Below are positions 47,819-57,486 of a DNA stretch of 64,000 nt, one piece after another (position 1 is the stretch's first letter; each line of letters opens with the position of its first letter). The notes beneath the pieces were generated by a model. The model searched no databases, had not been told where the DNA came from, and saw only the letters and a program-made list of their open reading frames with translations. The stretch is from NCBI GenBank assembly GCA_029858305.1, contig JAOUFI010000001.1, positions 179,031-243,030 on the forward strand, in the 5' to 3' direction. The position numbers and the translations under genes are program-made. Origin of the DNA: Candidatus Thorarchaeota archaeon (GTDB taxonomy: Archaea; Asgardarchaeota; Thorarchaeia; Thorarchaeales; Thorarchaeaceae).

Positions 47819-48200
47819 TTGGCGCGAAATCGTCACATGTTAAAGCATCAATATTCAATTATCACTCAAGTTTTATGGTGGTAACGACATCTTCAAATAC
47901 GCTGGGGAAGCAGCTCAGCTTGTACAGTACCGCTGCAGTTAATCAGCCGTACTTTGCAAATCATCATATCACATAATCATTAGCGCCACGTATCCCCCGA
48001 CAGTGTTCAAAGTTGAGATGAACGGGAGAGCTCGCGCAAGTCTTAGGACTATTATCATTCACAGGATCATCACATCACGGTTATCATATCACACTCCAGA
48101 CATGGAATAGAATGAAAGTCGAGGTAAACTGAATCCAAGCATAGGTATGAGGCATAGGCCTAGGAAGTAGAAAGACGCAGGCATATTCCAACTTGGTCGA

Positions 48201-49550
48201 TTGGCGAGGGCACGTGGTAGTACAGCACAGGAGACGTGCATTAAAATAGGAACAGATTTCGACCAAAGTACAGCCAAATATGTAATCAGAGCAAGAATTG
48301 AGATAGATGGCGTGGTCGACAAACCGGATGTTGTAGGAGCTGTCTTCGGGCAGACAGAAGGATTACTCGGAGAAGATCTTGACCTACGAGAGCTTCAGCG
48401 AACTGGTCGAATAGGAAGAATTCAGATTGCTATTAGAACACAGGGTGGTAACAGTACAGGTGAGATTGTAATCCCTGTATCACTCAATAAGACCGCCACT
48501 GCAATACTTGCAGCTGCTTTAGAAACAGTAGACAGAGTTGGACCATGTACGGCCAAAGTGATTTTGGAGAAGCTTGAAGACATTCGGGGCGCGAAAAGAC
48601 GAAAGGTTGTAAGCAGAGCGATTAGCATTTTAAAGGGCTGGGAGGAAGACATTTCTCCAGGCACTGAGGAAATTACGACTGCGGTCACCAAGGGTCGCAA
48701 GATTTCCGTGTCTAAATATGGTCCTGATGGATTACCCGCAGGTCCAGATTTAACAGGTAGCTCAGAAATCATTATCGTTGAAGGTCGTGCGGACGTCATC
48801 AACCTCATGAAATGTGGAATAATGAATACAGTCGCAGTAGAAGGAACCCATGTTCCAAAAACAATAATCGACCTCACAAAGAAGAGGGGGAAGAAAGTAA
48901 CAGCTTTTCTTGATGGGGATAGAGGTGGAGACCTCATTTTGAGAGAACTTATGCAAGTTGCTAATGTTCATTATATTGCTCGAGCACCCGAAGGAAAGGA
49001 AGTTGAGGAACTTACCAAGCGTGAAGTGATGAAAGCGCTTCAGACACAGATACCTGCGGAGCAAGCATTATCCCTCGTTCAAGATAGAAAAACGGCAATA
49101 AAAGCTAAGAAACACGAAACTAAGAAGACCATTTCATCTAGGTCTGCAGGAGCAAAAGCGCGTAGAGAACCAAAAAAGGTCGAAGACATTCCTCCAAGAC
49201 GTGAAAGACCCCCCGAACCCATTAGTAGACCTGCAATATCTCGGAGAGCGCCTGTATCTGTTGATGAAGCATATGTATCCAAGATTAAAAGTATCAAAGA
49301 AGCCTTCAAGGCAGTCCTATTCAACGCAAATAAGGAAGTCATAGTTGAGTGTGGCGTGGCAGAGTTAGCTAAGAAACTTGAAGAAGAAGATACAGTTCCT
49401 GCAGTGGTTTTCGATGGGGTAATAACGCAACGTCTAGTGGACATTGCTGCTAAAAAGCAAACAACGCTCCTCATTGGAGCAGCAGTTGCAGACATTGAAA
49501 ACAAGCCCAACGGTCTACTGATCGTCACTTTTGATGATTTAGGTCAATAA
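48201..49550 (+). CDS. dnaG: Archaeal DnaG (exosome-associated, TOPRIM)
   Basis: KPDVVGAVFGQTEGLLG, VEGRADV, DGDRGG, FDGVITQRL; exact start uncertain. Confidence 0.95.
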   Translation: MARARGSTAQETCIKIGTDFDQSTAKYVIRARIEIDGVVDKPDVVGAVFGQTEGLLGEDLDLRELQRTGRIGRIQIAIRTQGGNSTGEIVIPVSLNKTATAILAAALETVDRVGPCTAKVILEKLEDIRGAKRRKVVSRAISILKGWEEDISPGTEEITTAVTKGRKISVSKYGPDGLPAGPDLTGSSEIIIVEGRADVINLMKCGIMNTVAVEGTHVPKTIIDLTKKRGKKVTAFLDGDRGGDLILRELMQVANVHYIARAPEGKEVEELTKREVMKALQTQIPAEQALSLVQDRKTAIKAKKHETKKTISSRSAGAKARREPKKVEDIPPRRERPPEPISRPAISRRAPVSVDEAYVSKIKSIKEAFKAVLFNANKEVIVECGVAELAKKLEEEDTVPAVVFDGVITQRLVDIAAKKQTTLLIGAAVADIENKPNGLLIVTFDDLGQ

Positions 49551-49755
49551 TCAAAAGATGGAAACTGTGTAATAAACGAGAACGGCTCAGGTAGATTCGA
49601 GTCGCAACCTAACAGCTGATAGTGAGCTTGTATACTATCAAGCTGTAGAAGGCGAAGCTTGGGTCCAGACCTTGCAGATTTTTACTCTAGTAATACTCAC
49701 AATTATCTCATTGAGACTGAGATTCATTCATGGAGCATTTGTGAGGCTCTGAAAT

Positions 49756-51189
49756 TTGACATCGATTTTAGATGGGCTGGAAACAACTGCACAGGTAACG
49801 ACGCCTAAGAATCCATTTCAGAGGATTATAGGTCAAGAACATGCTGTTTCTATTGTACAGTCTGCCGTAAAGCAGAGACGACATGTTCTCCTGTGTGGAG
49901 TCCCAGGAATAGGAAAGTCAATGCTTGCAAAAGCAGCTTACACGCTTCTCAGTCCACCAAAGCAAGAGATACGCCTCAGAAGGAATAAATCCCAACCAGA
50001 TAGGCCAATAGTCGTAATATCTAAACATGAAAACGGGCCAGAAAATCAGAGTGTTGAGGATAGATCTAGCTTTTCCTTCTATTTATCACCAGATAGACTC
50101 CCAATTGATATTTCCATTAAGATGGGATATAGATGCCCAAAGTGCGGAGAGATATCTTCGCCTGCAGACCCATCATGCTTAGATTGTGGAGCGACTAAAC
50201 GATGTGACTGGTTGGGGAGTGATTCCTATCACGCTCTTTTCAGGATACTAGATGTTGGGAGTGAGCCCGCTCTTCGGACGGTGACTAGCCTAGAGGAAAT
50301 TGCTGGTGTTTCATATCATACAATGTATGAACAGTCAAATAACAATGAGATTTCTGTGACACGGAGAAGAGTAGAGGAGGGTGTAAACACCGAACAAGAG
50401 CAAATCACTGATGCTGAAAGAGTTTTAGTCGCAAAGGATTCGTGCAGGTTCATCAGAGTCAGTGGCGCTAGTCATGTTGAACTCTTAGGCGATGTCAAGC
50501 ACGATCCTTATGGTAGTGCAGAATCACTAGGTATGGCTGCTCATTTACGCGTGATTCCAGGAGCTATTCATGAAGCCCATGAAGGGATTCTCTACATTGA
50601 CGAAGTTTCAGCTCTCGGGCCACACCAGAGTCACTTGTTAACTGCCATGCAGGATCGTATCTATCCAATATCAGGACATAACCCTCTAAGTTCTGGAGCT
50701 GCTGTACGAGTGGATAATGTGCCGTGTGAGTTCATTCTCTTTGCGTCATGTAATCCCGAGAACATTGGTGCCATTTTGCCAGCCTTGAGATCCAGAATCC
50801 GTGGATATGGATATGAAATAATGTTGATGTCATGGATGAAGAAGAATAATGAGAACATCAACAATGTTGTCAGATTCATTTCACAGACAGTTGAAGAGGA
50901 TGGAAAAATACCGCATCTTACAGTCAATTCCATTGAAGAAGTAATTTCTGTTGCTGAAAAGATGGCAATCCATTATGATGGACAGAGAAACGCACTCACA
51001 CTACGCCTTCGTGAACTTGGGGGCCTCATAAGAATAGCAGGAGACCTAGCTGTTCAAGATTCAGCTCAATTGGTACAACCTGAACACGTTAAAAAAGCAG
51101 AAGTGTTGAGCAGAGGTATAGATTTAGAAAACCTGCATTCATACTCCTATGGAGTCCCAGAGGCAGCGAGCAGAGACTATTTCTTCTAA
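49756..51189 (+). CDS. LonB-type AAA+ ATPase lacking protease domain, with Zn-ribbon insert
   Basis: IIGQEHAV, GVPGIGKS, LLGDVKHDP, PGAIHEAHEGILYIDE, ALRSRIRGYGYE, LTLRLRELGGLIR; CPKC-x10-CLDC; stops right after AAA lid. Confidence 0.88.
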   Translation: MTSILDGLETTAQVTTPKNPFQRIIGQEHAVSIVQSAVKQRRHVLLCGVPGIGKSMLAKAAYTLLSPPKQEIRLRRNKSQPDRPIVVISKHENGPENQSVEDRSSFSFYLSPDRLPIDISIKMGYRCPKCGEISSPADPSCLDCGATKRCDWLGSDSYHALFRILDVGSEPALRTVTSLEEIAGVSYHTMYEQSNNNEISVTRRRVEEGVNTEQEQITDAERVLVAKDSCRFIRVSGASHVELLGDVKHDPYGSAESLGMAAHLRVIPGAIHEAHEGILYIDEVSALGPHQSHLLTAMQDRIYPISGHNPLSSGAAVRVDNVPCEFILFASCNPENIGAILPALRSRIRGYGYEIMLMSWMKKNNENINNVVRFISQTVEEDGKIPHLTVNSIEEVISVAEKMAIHYDGQRNALTLRLRELGGLIRIAGDLAVQDSAQLVQPEHVKKAEVLSRGIDLENLHSYSYGVPEAASRDYFF

Positions 51190-51216
51190 CAGCGGAACCG
51201 GTCGTGTGGTGACGTA

Positions 51217-52305
51217 TTGAAGATTCTGAAACGCATTCTCAAAGAAGGGACAATTGTACTCAAGATAGAAACTCTAGATGACCTCTGGCACTTGTACAAC
51301 ACAGTTGGTTCTGGAGACATCGTAATATCAAGGACTGTTCGTCGGGTCAGAGTGGGGGATGAGGATAGTAGAAAACAGGAAAGCGTTAGAAAGCCTATGA
51401 CGCTAAAGCTTCGTGTTGAGGACGTGGCATTCCACACATTTTCAAATCGTGTTAGAATCAAAGGGCAGATATTGGAAGGGCCAAGTGACCTCGTGAGCAT
51501 AGGGTCGTATCATACTATCAATATCGAACTTGGCGATACACTGACAATAGTAAAGGACCACTGGCCAAAATATGTCTTAGATAGACTTGAAGAGGCCACA
51601 AAGGACCAGTTACGCTCTGTCTGTCTCATTGTGACCATCGAGGATGGGGATGCAGAACTTTTTCTTGCTGCAGACTATGGGATAAAGGAGGCTGTACGAG
51701 TACGATCAAATCTCTCTCGTAAGAGAGGTGATCAAAAGACATACGACTCAACGATGAATGATTTCTTTATTGATGTGACCTTGGCAATCCGCTCTCAGTT
51801 AGAGCAAGGTCAGATTGGGCTCATAGTCATAGCAGGGCCTGGATTTGTGAAAGACCATCTTAGGGAACACCTCAGTAGAGCAGGGATTAAGGACTTGCCC
51901 CCTGTGGTTGTCGAGGGTACTAATTCAATAGGCATTCCTGGAGCAAAAGAGATTCTCTTTAGAGGAGTTATCGGAAAGGTCATTGTTGAGCTGAAGGTTG
52001 AAACAGAAACCAAATTGGTGGAAGAACTTGTCACGCATATATCAAAGGATGATGGTCTCGGAGCATATGGTCAAGATGAGGTGACCAAAGCTGTCCAATA
52101 TGGGGCTGTTCAGGACCTTCTAATAACAGATAAAAAACTCAGAGAAGGTTCTGACGATGTCAGACGGCAGATGGATAATCTCATTCGAAACACAGAGAAG
52201 ACGAAAGGAGCTGTTCACATCGTATCAACAGACCATCCCACAGGAGAACAGCTCCACAGACTGGGCGGAATAGCTGCGATTCTTCGCTTTCGAATAATTG
52301 AGTAG
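51217..52305 (+). CDS. pelA: mRNA surveillance protein pelota
   Basis: DDLWHLYN, GSYHT, AGPGFVK, AYG, LGGIAAILRF. Confidence 0.95.
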   Translation: MKILKRILKEGTIVLKIETLDDLWHLYNTVGSGDIVISRTVRRVRVGDEDSRKQESVRKPMTLKLRVEDVAFHTFSNRVRIKGQILEGPSDLVSIGSYHTINIELGDTLTIVKDHWPKYVLDRLEEATKDQLRSVCLIVTIEDGDAELFLAADYGIKEAVRVRSNLSRKRGDQKTYDSTMNDFFIDVTLAIRSQLEQGQIGLIVIAGPGFVKDHLREHLSRAGIKDLPPVVVEGTNSIGIPGAKEILFRGVIGKVIVELKVETETKLVEELVTHISKDDGLGAYGQDEVTKAVQYGAVQDLLITDKKLREGSDDVRRQMDNLIRNTEKTKGAVHIVSTDHPTGEQLHRLGGIAAILRFRIIE

Positions 52306-53427
52306 CTAGATGGGATCGAACATAGTCTGAAGACGATCCCACGATGGATACTCATATGAGATGCCAATCTCAAGATTCCTAAAATCCTCAAGGTATGCCT
52401 TAATCTCATCGACATACTCTTCAAGAATTCCAGGAGCTAACTCGATTCGCATGCGTGTAGTATCGATATTTAGAAGGTTTTCAGGGAGCCCAAATTCATT
52501 TCTGAGAATATCGTAAATGTGATTTAACTGTCGTGCGTTCAGACTAGATCCATGTGGTGCTCGAATGATACCTAGTATCAATAGAGGATCAATATCATCT
52601 CGCTCCTCAAATTCGCGTATTGTCTGTTGGAGTCTCCTTTCAAGTCGGTTTCTCATCTGGACAGCGTCCTTGTATCTTGCAGAACAAAAATGAACGGTGA
52701 GTCGTTCTAGGTTCGTTGAAGCCCAATTCAGGAATTCCTTTGCTGTTTCAGCACTCCCCTTGACACTGGCACTTGCCATATCTGTTAGCCGCATACCCTG
52801 AGCTAACAGACTTTGAAAATTGGTTTCGCTTGCCTCAAGCTCATTGACATTGAGAAAAGAAACCCCAAGTTCTTCAGCGCGAAGTGCGATTTGTTTTAAT
52901 GAGTCCACTTTTTCAGGGATAGCAGGAACTTCCAATCCCACCTCTATACCTAGTTTTATTGCATGTTCGATTCCAGTCCAGTCATTCCCCTGAGGATGAA
53001 AGCGAATCTCATCAAGTCCTGCCTCTTTAAGTCGTTCGAGATCTTCTTGACTGACAGTGGTTTTACTAGTATAGAGATGAATATGAAAATCAGACCCGAA
53101 TTTGGACTTCAATAGATGAATATATTCTAATGTCCGCTCCATTACGCAGAGAGGATCGCCGCCACTTATTCCGGCACCCTCACCCCTAACTGCATCGACT
53201 TCGAATAGAATATCGGTGTCTGAAGAAACAGGGACTTCATCAGCAAAAACAAGATCATTACCTGCTTTTTCCTGTGAGAGTGGACAGTAGTAACAAGAAC
53301 TATCACACAGGCCAGTCACAAAGAGGACCATTTTCGAGCCTTTTGCACAGAGCTGACAGCCACGTGGGAGTCTTCCAAGAAGATACGAATCACCTTGAAG
53401 CTGCTTGATTTCACGGACCATTTTCAC
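52306..53427 (-). CDS. Radical SAM protein (COG2108-like)
   Basis: LPRGCQLC...KMVLFVTGLCDSSCYYCP, GGDP, GLDEIRFH. Confidence 0.9.
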   Translation of the reverse strand: MKMVREIKQLQGDSYLLGRLPRGCQLCAKGSKMVLFVTGLCDSSCYYCPLSQEKAGNDLVFADEVPVSSDTDILFEVDAVRGEGAGISGGDPLCVMERTLEYIHLLKSKFGSDFHIHLYTSKTTVSQEDLERLKEAGLDEIRFHPQGNDWTGIEHAIKLGIEVGLEVPAIPEKVDSLKQIALRAEELGVSFLNVNELEASETNFQSLLAQGMRLTDMASASVKGSAETAKEFLNWASTNLERLTVHFCSARYKDAVQMRNRLERRLQQTIREFEERDDIDPLLILGIIRAPHGSSLNARQLNHIYDILRNEFGLPENLLNIDTTRMRIELAPGILEEYVDEIKAYLEDFRNLEIGISYEYPSWDRLQTMFDPI

Positions 53428-54137
53428 CGTCTCCTTCCTTCACGACGTTCAATTGTACGGCGAAGCGCGGGATCACTATCCTGAAGCTGTTTTGCAACCT
53501 CTTCAAAACTTTCTGATTCAGTCAGGGGACGATTGAGATAGACGCCCGTTCGACCCACATTATCACGGCGTGTTAATACACGTACTCTTTCTTTTGCAAT
53601 ATCAACACTGACTTTGAGCTTCTTAGCAACTTCATGCTCGTGACCAATTACACCGTATTCTGTGTGACCTGTTGGACTGGGTTCAACCAACACCAGTCTC
53701 TTATCCACACCAGGAACTCTCATCCCCGCCTCCAATCCCTTCAGATTCAGAACTCCGCCCCAGTGATAGAACTCTTCCTCCCTTGGTCTAAGCTTGAATA
53801 TGGGAAAACTAACTACAACATTGTCTTCCAAATACAGATGACCTTTCAGAACCATTGAAGGTGTTGCTTGTACAAGCTCTCGATGAAGAAATTTACCAAG
53901 AGCTAGTTCAAGCTTATAACTAGACATGGGTTGGTGAATAATAATGTCTATGTCGGATGATTCTGATACGTCACCACGAGCAATTGAACCATGTACAAAT
54001 GGTTGAATAGCAACAGATGATTCTATTCTGTGAATGACTTTGATGGCATGTGACCTTAACCGGTCCAGAAGATTCCAGTGAGCTTGGTCATAGGTCACTG
54101 TTCTAACATCGTGCAGTACCTCTGGTCGTTTAGCCAT
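53424..54137 (-). CDS. Minimal nucleotidyltransferase (COG2413-like)
   Basis: HGSIARGDV...SDID, RVPGVDKRL, GRTG. Confidence 0.85.
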   Translation of the reverse strand: MAKRPEVLHDVRTVTYDQAHWNLLDRLRSHAIKVIHRIESSVAIQPFVHGSIARGDVSESSDIDIIIHQPMSSYKLELALGKFLHRELVQATPSMVLKGHLYLEDNVVVSFPIFKLRPREEEFYHWGGVLNLKGLEAGMRVPGVDKRLVLVEPSPTGHTEYGVIGHEHEVAKKLKVSVDIAKERVRVLTRRDNVGRTGVYLNRPLTESESFEEVAKQLQDSDPALRRTIERREGRRR

Positions 54138-54146
54138 CCTAGGTTA

Positions 54147-55070
54147 TCACCTGATATTATTCAGCATCTCGCAGGCCTTACATATTCTTGTTGGGGAAGG
54201 ATTGTTGCATTTCTCACATGAAAGGAATTGCCACTCTGCAGGAATATTCCTGAAAGCAGAAACCATTGCCTCAGATGACCGTAGAACTGCTAGTAATGTA
54301 CCAGGACGTCTATACTCCATTTCATTAAGAAAATGTCTCACATCATTACGGTAGGCATCCTCAGCATAAGGACATGGTACATCATGATATGGAATCTCAA
54401 GATGGTGCGAATAGGCAACAATATCGCGCTCTGTTAATTCAGCCAAAGGTTTTACACGAGGAACAAAGCCCTGCATAGTCTGCTCTCGGGGAATATTCGT
54501 TCTCGCAATTCGGGCACTGTCACCCCTCAATAGATTCATGAGAACGGTCTGTGCCTCGTCATCTAAATTGTGGCCTGTCGCGATGACATTGGCTCCGATT
54601 TCCTGTGCTGCGATATTTAACGCTCTTCTTCGAAGGACACCGCAGTACGAGCAAGCTCCCACAGAGTTAGTTGGTTTTCGTTTTATTATTTCATCGAGAG
54701 AATAATCGAACAGTTTCTTAAAGGAGAACACTTCAAGATTAAGATCTAATGTTTGGGAGAGTTCTTGAGCTGATTCGAGCGCTTTGTCACGATATCCAAG
54801 AATTCCTTCGTCAACTGTGACAGGAATTATCTCAGACTTCATAAAGGCGCTCTCAATCTTATGGAGCACATGTAGAAGAACTGCGCTATCCTTTCCCCCC
54901 GAGATAGCTACTGCAATCCGGTCATCCTCTCTGAACATCTTGTGTTTGTTGATAGTCCTTCGTACGCGATCTTGAGTTGTCTGAATAAGGCATGACCCAC
55001 AGAGCTGTTCAGATGTGTATCTTCGAAGGTATATTGCAGGATTACCACATTTGGAACATCCAACTTGCAT
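54147..55070 (-). CDS. tRNA 2-thiolation protein TtuA/Ncs6 (TIGR00269)
   Basis: SGGKDS PP-loop, CSYCGVLRR, TGHNLDD, CPY, terminal Zn fingers. Confidence 0.92.
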   Translation of the reverse strand: MQVGCSKCGNPAIYLRRYTSEQLCGSCLIQTTQDRVRRTINKHKMFREDDRIAVAISGGKDSAVLLHVLHKIESAFMKSEIIPVTVDEGILGYRDKALESAQELSQTLDLNLEVFSFKKLFDYSLDEIIKRKPTNSVGACSYCGVLRRRALNIAAQEIGANVIATGHNLDDEAQTVLMNLLRGDSARIARTNIPREQTMQGFVPRVKPLAELTERDIVAYSHHLEIPYHDVPCPYAEDAYRNDVRHFLNEMEYRRPGTLLAVLRSSEAMVSAFRNIPAEWQFLSCEKCNNPSPTRICKACEMLNNIR

Positions 55071-55138
55071 GACAACGACTACTCCAAGTCGCCCTAACAC
55101 GCACTGACAAATTAAAGATATTCAAATGAAGAACTGAG

Positions 55139-55561
55139 TCACCCCTTGGTCTTAGACTCGCGAGTTTCTTTGTCCTTGAGATCCTCGATTATTTTTGTAC
55201 GTCGAAGCTGAAGAGATGCTTTTGAGGCTCGGAAGTTGGCTGCCTGAATGATGTCTTCAACTGTCCGATGCCATTCTGCTGGAGAAAGTGACGTATAGAC
55301 CTCTTTGAATGTGTCACTTAGTCGTTCAATTCGAGCGAGACATTCAACGCGGTCCTCGGGAAGCCTCTTCTCATCAAAGTACATGAGTGCATGTCCTTTC
55401 AGTGCTTCCCAATCTATGTCGTTATTAGTTTGAAGAAGTATTCTCAATTTATCAAGTGGGTCCTTCCAAGATTCTGGAATGAACATAGTAAGATAGTCAG
55501 CGAGGGCTTTTCGTGCTCTCTCTCGGACATCTTGTACCGAACTTATCTGATGTGTCATCAT
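55139..55561 (-). CDS. Hypothetical helical protein
   Basis: Charged, helical 140-aa ORF co-oriented with neighbours. Confidence 0.7.
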   Translation of the reverse strand: MMTHQISSVQDVRERARKALADYLTMFIPESWKDPLDKLRILLQTNNDIDWEALKGHALMYFDEKRLPEDRVECLARIERLSDTFKEVYTSLSPAEWHRTVEDIIQAANFRASKASLQLRRTKIIEDLKDKETRESKTKG

Positions 55562-55625
55562 CTGGCATCGAGCAATAGTACAAGTGGCTCCTTTTTAGGT
55601 CCCACACTTTTATCTTTTGATGATT

Positions 55626-56795
55626 TTAGAAGAGTCCTTTACCCAATATAAGGCTAAGAATGATACTTAGCACAACAATTGCTAGTGCCGCGAACCGTAT
55701 GGGGTACATGATATAGCGGATTTTCTTTTCATCAGATATCAAGAGACTAAGACCGTTTGATAGCAGCTTATCTCCGTCAAGGAAGGGAATCGGAAGAAGA
55801 TTGAAGACAGCCAAAGAGATGAGTATGAGGTAACACCAGAAGATTATCTGTTGAAGATGGAATACATATATTGGAGATAAGATGAGGTCCCATCCAGGTT
55901 TTGGTTCCCAATAGTCTGCCCCATATACTCCAAGATACCCACGCGAAGCGTTTAGCTCGCTCGCTGCCAGTATAAGTGTTATATTTTCATCTAATGTATG
56001 AACAGTGACCTCAGACCCAGCAGGAGCTCCATTCATGAAGACACTGACAGCAGACCAGTTCGCAATGATTGTGTCATTCAGGCCAATTATCACATCACCA
56101 ACTTGAAGAGCTTCAGCTGCGGGGCTTCCCTCGCTGAGCTGATAAATATAAGCCCCATTCGGTGGATTGTAAGCAATCGAAGCTACTGAATTAAAGTTGA
56201 TAAGAAGTGCAAGAAACACAAAGCTCCAAATTATGTTAGAATACGATCCTGCAGCAAGCAACCGCATTCGACCCTGTGGGCTTGCCTCTTTCTCGAACGC
56301 CTCTTCATCCGGTTCAACAAAAGCACCAAACAATATCAAAAAACCGAGTAGTCCCGAGCTTTTGATGGGAATGTTATCACGGGATGAGGCAAGGCCATGA
56401 GCGAACTCATGTGTTAGGATTGCTACAGCAAGACCAATCAACATGTACAAGAGAGGAAGACCTGTGATAGTCACGCCGGGGATAATTGGTACGACGCCTC
56501 CTGCTGCAGCAGGTTCTACAAAGAACTTGATGAGGTTCTCACCAAACATCCAGAAAGAAAAGATCATTCCACCAAAGCCAACAACAATACCTATGTTAAA
56601 GAAAATCAACGGGAACTTCTTTCCCATTCGTGTCAGAAAAGCGTTGAGCCGCTGTGTCTTCCACATGAAGAAGAACGGAGTTCCTGCCTCGACACCTTTC
56701 TCTTTAAGACGCTCAACACCCAGGTATTGAGCTACTGCATAGATGGTAAGCCAGAAGAGACCTATCAGTCCGAAAGCAAGTAAAGTACTGTCCAT
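55626..56795 (-). CDS. Site-2 (M50) protease with PDZ domain
   Basis: HEFAH, GAFVEPD, AAGSYSN, SPAAEALQVGDVI, NLLPIPFLDG. Confidence 0.93.
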   Translation of the reverse strand: MDSTLLAFGLIGLFWLTIYAVAQYLGVERLKEKGVEAGTPFFFMWKTQRLNAFLTRMGKKFPLIFFNIGIVVGFGGMIFSFWMFGENLIKFFVEPAAAGGVVPIIPGVTITGLPLLYMLIGLAVAILTHEFAHGLASSRDNIPIKSSGLLGFLILFGAFVEPDEEAFEKEASPQGRMRLLAAGSYSNIIWSFVFLALLINFNSVASIAYNPPNGAYIYQLSEGSPAAEALQVGDVIIGLNDTIIANWSAVSVFMNGAPAGSEVTVHTLDENITLILAASELNASRGYLGVYGADYWEPKPGWDLILSPIYVFHLQQIIFWCYLILISLAVFNLLPIPFLDGDKLLSNGLSLLISDEKKIRYIMYPIRFAALAIVVLSIILSLILGKGLF

Positions 56796-56988
56796 TAAGC
56801 ACTACACGTCCCACTGAGGATTAGCGTAGGAATTATCGAGTACGTTATAATGATTGTGAACGAGGAACATTCGACCGGCTCTGAAATCGAGAGTCGACCC
56901 GACCACAACCCTCATAAAGTGACATCTGTAGCCTAGCGCGGGTGTCCAATAGGGCACACAACATCAATCTAGGTAGGCGATACGATAG

Positions 56989-57372
56989 TTGCCATTTAAA
57001 CTTGTGATTTCAGACCCCGAAACTGGAAAAGCCATCCAGTACGAATTAGATGACGCAAAGACGAATGCCATGGTTGGTAAGCATGTTGGAGAGATAGTAG
57101 AAGGAGATATGTTGGGCCTGCCAGGATACAAGTTGAAAATCACAGGTGGTAGTGATTCAGCAGGATTCCCAATTCGTCCAGATGTACATGGAAGTGGAAA
57201 GAAACGGGTTCTTGTTCGAAGCCCCCCAGGATTTAGACCAGATAGAAAGGGAATGGCAAGGCGGAAAACTGTACGTGGAAAAGAACTTAGTGGGGATATC
57301 TCACAAGTAAACATGCGGGTAGAAGAGAAGGGCGGTACACCTCTCGAAGAACTCGTTATGAAAGCTGCATAA
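56989..57372 (+). CDS. rps6e: 30S ribosomal protein eS6
   Basis: FKLVISDP, ITGGSDSAGFP, RRKTVRG. Confidence 0.96.
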   Translation: MPFKLVISDPETGKAIQYELDDAKTNAMVGKHVGEIVEGDMLGLPGYKLKITGGSDSAGFPIRPDVHGSGKKRVLVRSPPGFRPDRKGMARRKTVRGKELSGDISQVNMRVEEKGGTPLEELVMKAA

Positions 57373-57486
57373 GCAGTGCGTTACATTTCATCAGATTATG
57401 CGATTAGTGTGAACCATATACTTCATATGTACAACAGGAAAGGTGTCACTACGCCCGAATTGGCCAGATTTGGAAGTGAAGACTAG

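Noticed and set aside
47301-48322. Short ORFs in the map-dnaG gap
   Set aside because: No SD, no protein-like motifs, mutually overlapping; region reads as non-coding
52306-53427. Radical SAM protein as the GRE activase
   Set aside because: Motifs match the widespread archaeal COG2108-like family and lack the GCPLRCxWCxNPE activase pattern
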